Below, in pieces: positions 55,018 to 64,000 of a stretch of DNA of 64,000 nt (positions within the stretch are counted from its first letter, which is position 1; the number at the start of each line of letters is the position of its first letter). Under the pieces are notes generated by a model. It had not been told where the DNA came from. It made no database searches and was given only the letters and a program-made list of their open reading frames with translations. A program made the position numbers and the translations under genes. The DNA comes from Octopus sinensis (taxonomy: Eukaryota), in NCBI RefSeq assembly GCF_006345805.1, contig NC_043008.1, positions 44,020,001-44,084,000 of the forward strand, given 5' to 3'.

Positions 55018-55171
55018 ATTAAAGGTGCAAAAACATCACAAAAAAACGCTACTCAGAGTTTCCAGTTCCCGTTCGTCAGACAGTAGAGATAAAGCTTTAA
55101 TCATAATCGTCCGATGAACGGGAACGTGAAACTCTGAGTTAGTGTTTTTGTGCTGCTTTTAGCAGCCTTAA
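55018..55171. mobile_element. Fold-back element with two head-to-head HHR motifs
   Basis: Arms ~55018-55081 and 55109-55171. Minus: CTGACGA(55079-55073)...GAAACTCTGAGTA. Plus: CCGATGA(55111-55117)-ACG GGAA CGT-GAAACTCTGAGTT. Confidence 0.7.
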
Positions 55172-55275
55172 TAGAAAACAATATTATTCTACAATCGGTA
55201 TTCGTTTGCTATTTTTTCCATCCTGTTTTGCATTTATATGCTTACTCGTGTATACACCCACACATCCACACACCT

Positions 55276-55316
<41 letters not shown>

Positions 55317-55694
55317 CACGTATATATGTGCGTATAAATATATATATATGTATGTCCTTATGTAAGTATGTATATATTTGTTCCTTTTCTTCTATTGTTT
55401 TCTCCTATCTAGACCAGTTGCCTTATCTAATTAGCTGAGACTAAACCTTTTTATAGAAGAAATTCATTCGTATTAGACCATACGATTCAATGTAATTAAA
55501 TTCAAATAAAACATCATTAGCATATTTTATTCTTATCATGATAACCCTACACTATTCTCCTTGCAATCAGCGTCCATTGTTATATCGTCTCAAATTAGTC
55601 TACCATAAACTTAGTAGCTCCGTCAATGGATCGAGTAATGTTTAAATAGATATTGTTGCACAACTAGTTAACACATCATACATTCTACACATCA

Positions 55695-55768
<74 letters not shown>

Positions 55769-55769
55769 A

Positions 55770-55883
<114 letters not shown>

Positions 55884-55957
55884 GCTGATTGAAATACTTA
55901 GTAGTATTTTGCCAGTCGCTATGTTCCGAGTTCAAATTCTGCCGATGTCGACTTTTT

Positions 55958-56107
55958 TCATCGACCACGTTTTCCATTGACCACAACTGCTTACTCTCCC
56001 AAGCTAACCTATCATATCTATCTACTTTTCTTCCTTATCGAATAACTTGTTGTCAGTTGGGCATGCTATATCTATGATCCAGCATCGTTTGCTTCCTTTC
56101 TCAATTT

Positions 56108-56110
<3 letters not shown>
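55958..56110 (-). pseudogene. R4/Dong-clade RLE fragment, second family
   Basis: KIEKGSKRCWIIDIACPTDNKLFDKEE..VDRYDRLAWESKQLWSME (RLE D...K..Y region). Confidence 0.7.
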
Positions 56111-56156
<46 letters not shown>

Positions 56157-56227
56157 CATCATCATCATCATCATCATCATTATTATTGTTATTATTATTA
56201 TTACTATTATTATTATTATTATTATTA

Positions 56228-56258
<31 letters not shown>

Positions 56259-56299
56259 ATTATTATTATTATTATTATTATTATGATCATCATCATTAT

Positions 56300-56490
56300 A
56301 TGTCTGACCTTTGTTTTGTATTTGCACAAGCTGACTCCAAGTCTCACCCAGAGACCTCAAGAGAAAACAAGTTAGAAGTTAATGCTTAGGGTGCCATATA
56401 TTTGGTTTTGCGCATAGTGTTGTTCTAGAGAATGTTTTAGAAAACATAAGAAAATTATGACTTTGTTTTAAAATTTGAGATTACATAGAA
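56300..56490 (-). mobile_element. Probable 3' end of another R4/Dong-like family, followed by (ATG/ATA)n
   Basis: ctagaacaacactatgcgcaaaa (cf. LGTAHILRK) then UTR-like sequence running into TAA-type repeats. Confidence 0.4.
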
Positions 56491-56524
56491 AGTATTATTA
56501 TTAATATTATTATTATTATTATTA

Positions 56525-57969
<1,445 letters not shown>

Positions 57970-60900
57970 TTTATTGTTGTTCTTGTTCTTGTTCTTGTTA
58001 TCATCATCATCATCATCATCATCCTCATTACGGCAGTGAACTGACTGAATCGTTAGCTCACCGAGCGAAATGCTCTGCGGCATGTCGTCCATCTTATTTT
58101 CTGAGTAAAAATTCCGCAGATGTAGACTTTACCTTTCATCCTTTCGGCGTAGATAAAATAAGTACCAGCCAAGCACTGGGTTTGTTACACTCGAGTAGGC
58201 CCCTTCGTCCCAAATTTCATGTGCTGTACCTAGATTTCGCAGAATATTTTGCCTGCCGAACAATATTCTTCGCATTTTTTCATCCGTCTTTAAGTTCTGA
58301 ATTCAACAGTTCGCCGAGATCAGCTATATATTTCATCCTTTCGGGACGAAGGAAATAACCTTCCAGTTAATCACTGGGGGTCAATGTAACAGACTTCCCC
58401 TACCTATTAGATCTGCTGGTCTTTCTCTAAAATAAAGAAGAAATATTATTAAGATGCCGAGCCTGTAAGCAAAATGCTCAACAGGATTTCGTTCCACGTT
58501 ACATCCGAAACAAAAGTCCCGCCGATACCATTAAGCTGCAGCTGTTATTGGGGCTCCGTTTTGAATATTCCAGGACTTAGAGGAGGTATGACTATACATG
58601 AATACATACTCTAGAACATACACTCGTGCATGCATGCATATATACACATACATATTAACACCACTTAATTTATGTATAAATCGGTTTTAAGTTGTTTCAT
58701 TTCCCAATTCTTCTTATATTTTCTAGAGACGCAAATTATTCATAGAACATGATTATTCAATTGTTTTAAGTTCATTTATAATGATTGAAGGAATTCAGAT
58801 AGCTTCAAATCATGAATATATATTTTATGCAACAATAAAACAAAAACATAAATTGTAACTTTCAAATAACGTCTAAGACATTAATCACGTGCTTAGTATT
58901 TCGTATTAAAGGGGACAATTCTTTTCACTTCTTTTTTTGCAGCAGCTTTGTTTAACCTATTACCAAAATAGCACCAAGGAAGCTACTATATCGAAAATGC
59001 TATATTTTTCTCATGAATTAGTTGTGATTATTTCGCATTATGTTGGATATGAAAAGATTTATCTCAACTAAAAATAAGATTTTATCAGTTTTGCTAACAG
59101 TAAAATAGCAGAAGTTATTCTCGTACGATTTGATTTTTTTTTCTGTTCGTACTTAATAAAAAAATAATAATAAATGAATAGATAAATAAAATGCCTTGGA
59201 TTCCTTTGCTAAATTTAATGTTAAATACAACATACTTACATCTATTTATGTTAGCGAGATGTCAAAAGGTCCGCAAGCTGTAATACTGCCATATGAAGGT
59301 TTGCTTTTTGAGCACGTTTCGAACATGCCCTCGTTCCATTCAAACCCCTATTTTACTTTTTTTATATTAATTATGCATCAGTATGAAACGACGAATTGGT
59401 GGAATAATTAGCACGTCGGGAAAACTGCTTAGTGTAGACCAAATTCCTCCGGTGTCAACTTTGTCTTTCATCCTTCAGGGTCGATAAAATAAGTTTGATT
59501 AATACACTGGAATAGATATAATCGATTTAACCCTCTTCTAAAATTGCTGGTCTTATGCCAAAATTTGAAACCCTTAATTGTATGTTGGTATAGGCTGCGA
59601 TCTGGCAGAATTTTAAGGCGGTCAGATAAAATGCTTACCAGTTCTGGCCTCTTATATTCGGAATTCTTACGTCACAGATGTCAACCATGACTTTCGTGTT
59701 TTGACGTCGTTAAATTAAGGAATCAGTTGATTGCTGGGATTAATGAAATCGAGTAAAACCCTCTCCTTTAAACTGCTTCTGACAAAATTCGAAACAATTA
59801 ATTATACATCAACTTACAGGTGTTCGTGCTAGTCTTTAGGGGTTTCAATCTTACCATCCTCGACATGTAATCAGAAATAATACTTTCTGCTTTAGGCAAA
59901 AGGCCTGAAATTTGAGAGCAAGGGCCACTCGATTAGATCGGCCCCCAATGCACAACTGATACTAGGCTTATCGATACCGAAAGGCTGAAAGGCGAAGTTG
60001 ACCTCGACGGAGTATCGAATATGAAATAATGACGTGTATGACTACCTGGAGAAGTATTGCTTATAAATTCTTCTGTAATATTTTCACTCCACAGCCTATC
60101 AATATATTGGCTGTTTAAATCATTGTTTGCTTAAGAAAACACTTGGAAATAAAAGACACCGGGTTGAACCCATTGCAAGGTATCTGACGTAAATCACTTT
60201 TACCATAGAGTCGAATCGTGTCATTCATGTGAGAGAACCTGGGCAGACGGAATCTGTGCGGATGTTTACTGGGTACATTGCTTTTGAAATACAGTGGCTC
60301 AATCTTATCCATCCTTGTCAAGCCGTCTCTGACAAGGGATGATGTTTAGGGTACACGTGCATATGATAGATGCAGCCTCATATAAGGGAGCATTGTGTAA
60401 GAGGTGCAGTTGATCAAATAATTGTTGAGATTGATAGTATTTACTTGTTGCTTTCTGTAACGCGAAAACCTGAGCTGCGAAATCCGGGCAAAATACAAAG
60501 TACAATGTTGCAAGAGGAAAGACTTATTGGGACAAATCTATGAGCAGAATTCAGGAAAATAGATCGAAAGGTGATGAAGAAGACGATGAAGAAAGAAAAG
60601 GAGAGGTAGAAGAGGGACGGGGGTTTGGGTAGGAAGATTTCAAAGGTCAGCAAGCAGACAAGGAAGAAGGAAGAGGAGGAGTAGGAGTAGAGAGGGAGAG
60701 GAGGAGAATAAAGAGGAGGACAAGTAACAGGAGTAGAAGAGAAAGAAGTTGAGGATGATAATGAAGAAGGATGCGGACAAGAAGATATAAAAAAGAAGAA
60801 AAAGAAGAGAAAGACGGACAAAAAGAAGATAAGGTAGAGGGGAGGAGGAGGAGATAAATTAAAAGGAAGAATCTCCCCAATCTGTCGCAGACAATGAAGA

Positions 60901-61099
60901 AGTCGTTAACAGCAATTTGAAACTGATGCAGTCCACATGATCTGGCAAGAGAGAATTTTATCTGCTCGAGACAAAATATGTTGCAGGCATGACCTACAAT
61001 AATAAATAGTAATAGAACACTTACTATAAAACAACCAATAAAGAACACCACACGTACTAGCAATACACACACACACATACACAAACACATACACACTCT

Positions 61100-61152
<53 letters not shown>

Positions 61153-61287
61153 ACATATGTGTGTGTATGTATGTATCTATGTATGAATGTTTGTATGTAT
61201 GTACTTATGTATGTATGATGTCTTATTATGAGTAAATATATGAGTGTATATACACATATACATACACACACGTATTTATATATCCAT

Positions 61288-61320
<33 letters not shown>

Positions 61321-62125
61321 CACAACTACGTACGTATGTGTGTATATGTAGTTGTAATAAATCGACGACTATAGAAGAAAGTACGTATGTATTCGTGTAG
61401 GTAATTATATATATATATATGTACGTGTGTGTGTGTATGTGTGTGTGTCTACACCTATATTGCTGTATATAAGCGTGTGTATATGTATGTTTAGATGCGT
61501 GTGTTTGTGTGTGCGTGTTTGTATGCATATACTGACAGTAAACTGCCAATAATAGTCGATGCGTTGTTTTGTTATATAAACAATCTTCATATCTATAGGA
61601 GCCGAATGAAGCCAAACACACCGCCATGTTTCTTCACCATGTTGCTTCGCCATGTTAGCATTAAACGAGCAATTACTTCGAATTAGGGATTGAATAAAGT
61701 TGATATTATATAACGGAAACATGCCACTTTTTGAGTTTGTTGTTTGTGTTATTATTACAGTTTTTGTTTGTTATATTAGCTGTTGTTGCCTGTAGTGTTT
61801 CAGCGTTTGCCTACGTGGTGGAGTTCCTAAGACCATGAGCTTTTCCCTCTCCTGCAGTCAGACGTTAGGCTGTATACTCTTGTTTTCTTAAATCGCTAAG
61901 GTTTTATTTGTGTAAAGTTTGCATGCTGTTTTCTGCCGGTCTAGCAACCCGAAGCAGATTTCATTCCAGTGATAGACAGCGCTCTCTGATCAAGGAAAGC
62001 TATGGTAAGTTCAGTGTTCCTTCATTTTATCCCCTTTGCGATATTAGTCCGGTTCATGTTTACTATTTCTCCCCATGTATTAAAAATATATAAACAAGAA
62101 CTTTTACAGTATATATATTAAAAAT

Positions 62126-62364
62126 AAGGCGACGAGCTGGCAGAAACGTTAGCACGCCGGGCGAAATTCCTAGCGGTATTTCGTATGCCGCTACGTTCTG
62201 AGTTCAAATTCCGCCGAGGTCGAATTTGCCTTTCATCCTTTCGGGGTCGAAACATTAAGTACCAGTTACGGACTGGGGTCGATGTAATCGACTTAATCCT
62301 TTTGTCTGTCCTTGTTTGTCCCCTCTATGTTTAGCCCCTTGTGGGTAATAAAGAAATAGGTATT
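62126..62364 (+). mobile_element. SINE family B monomer ending ...aagaaataGGTATT
   Basis: Close match to family B consensus. Confidence 0.9.
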
Positions 62365-62369
62365 GTGTT

Positions 62370-62712
62370 CCTCGTGTTTCTTCGTTTGACTGTGGACAAG
62401 TTATCTCAAGAACCGCTGGATGGATTGGATTCGGATGAAACTTTCAGGGATGTTTGGCCTAGTAACTGGCACCAACTAATTAGATTTTGGGATTGATGCG
62501 GTACCGGACAAGGATTCTGGATTATTTTAGTGGGTTTTATTAAACTTAATCTGTGAAAGTTGTCGGTTTCATTTTTAGTATTCTCGTTCGTAAGAGCGGA
62601 CGAGTTTGTTTCGAATATTCTCATTTTAAAAATCATCTCCGGTTAATCACTGAGAGGATATTGGTGTTGGCTTGGCAGAGGTTTGAGCTCTCGGAGTGTT
62701 CTTCTTTGTATT
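62370..62712 (+). mobile_element. Helentron/HINE (DINE-1-like) non-autonomous element, 5'-incomplete
   Basis: atctcaagaaccgctggatggattggattcggatgaaactttcagg and a 3' block ttggcagaggtttgagctctcggagtg typical of HINE-like subterminal repeat/hairpin ends. Confidence 0.45.
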
Positions 62713-63719
62713 AAGACGGCGAACCGAAACGTTTGTGACAGCGTCAGAAAAGATGTTTTGAGATATGTTTTGCGATCCTTTGCTTTCGGAGTTCAAATCT
62801 CACTAAGGTTAACATTGCGTTTTTTCCAACTTTGGTCAGCAGAATAAAATATCAGTCACGTAATGAGATCGATGTATTTTGATTAACCTCTTCTCTCGAG
62901 AATTGCTGGCCCTGTTCCAAAATTAAAAAAACAACATTATATATCATTATTATTAGTAGCAGTAGTATTCCGCTTGCGTTGCCTTGGCGCAGGTTTGCGT
63001 TCACTGAGCGTCCATGTTATCATTTAATTCATATTGTCTCCTTATATATTATATGATACTGTGTTATATTATATTACATAGTATGTCATCTATTATGTCA
63101 TATTATATATTATATCATATTACATTATATTATATTCATTAATGCATTTTAACCCTTAAAATTAACTGATGTTTTATAGCTAAGATATCAGATGCAAAAT
63201 TGGAAATCTCTATTACTGTTTATCAAGTTTTCTTTTCGAACTTTACATAATATGCCAACCCGCAAAATAATCACTGTTCTCCAAGTGTACCCTTCATGAA
63301 AAACGGTATTTAATCAAACGTGCAGCTTCTGTGAATGTTTCTGATTCCTTCCGTACGAAATATACACGCATGGTTAAACATCCAGCGGATAGATGTTATG
63401 AAACTAACGTGAATGCTAGAGTTTGATTGCATGAACGAACATTGCACCGCAAAGATGAAGCTATCAACAAATTCCAAAACTGTAGATTCAGCGCATACGT
63501 AGTTAAAATAGCTTAGACTAACGAAAGAATCTGAACGAAATCAAGAATTATATTTTATTTTATCTTATCTATCTAAAATCTACTTCATTTCAGCTTTATA
63601 AACTAATAAAGTATCCCACTGGCCGTCGAGGCAGCCTCTATAATTCTGCTCTTCTTGCAAAAACAACAGTCAAATCTCCCTGAAATTACTGCATTAAATA
63701 ATGCGATATGAGGTTTTCT

Positions 63720-63945
63720 TTTATCTTCTATCGTTTCATTGTTTTTGTCATTAGACTGCGGTCATGCTGGGGCACCACATTCTGGAATTTTAATCGAATG
63801 AATCGACCCTAGGACTTACTTCCTATCAAAACTGGTACTTACTTTATTAGTTTCTCTTTGCAGAACAGCTAAATTTCGAGGATGCAAGCACACCAGCACC
63901 GGTTACCAAGCAGTGTGGAGGACAAACACAGACACAAAGACACAC
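63720..63945 (-). mobile_element. SINE family A tail module (degenerate), runs toward the window end
   Basis: gactgcggtcatgctggggcacc...gacaaacacagacacaaag. Confidence 0.7.
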
Positions 63946-64000
63946 ACACACACATATATATCTATATACATACATATATATATACAGATGTATATATATA

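Overview
AT-rich, microsatellite-saturated eukaryotic genomic DNA. The SINE and LINE families look like those of an octopus/cephalopod genome (recognition from memory, not a database hit). I found no intact host protein-coding gene, rRNA or CRISPR. Nearly all listed ORFs are translations of simple repeats, and the rest are decayed transposon ORFs. The window is a transposon graveyard: at least four tRNA-derived SINE families, a Tx1/L1-clade LINE 3' end inside (ATCT)n, several R4/Dong-clade LINE fragments (nested in (TAA)n at 55.7-58 kb), an RTE 3' end, three Tc1/mariner remnants, a complete non-autonomous Helitron and a Helentron/HINE-like piece. The unexplained signal is a dense set of type I hammerhead ribozyme (HHR) motifs: 8 recognisable cores in 6 sequence families, plus 3 decayed relatives, mostly in non-coding elements embedded in (TA)n. 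The best case is a 352-nt tandem unit at 54135-54486. It starts at an HHR cleavage site and can fold into a long rod/branched structure, like a non-LTR retrozyme or viroid-like circRNA. A 3-kb non-coding element at 23661-26654 carries ~480-bp inverted arms, each with an intact HHR.
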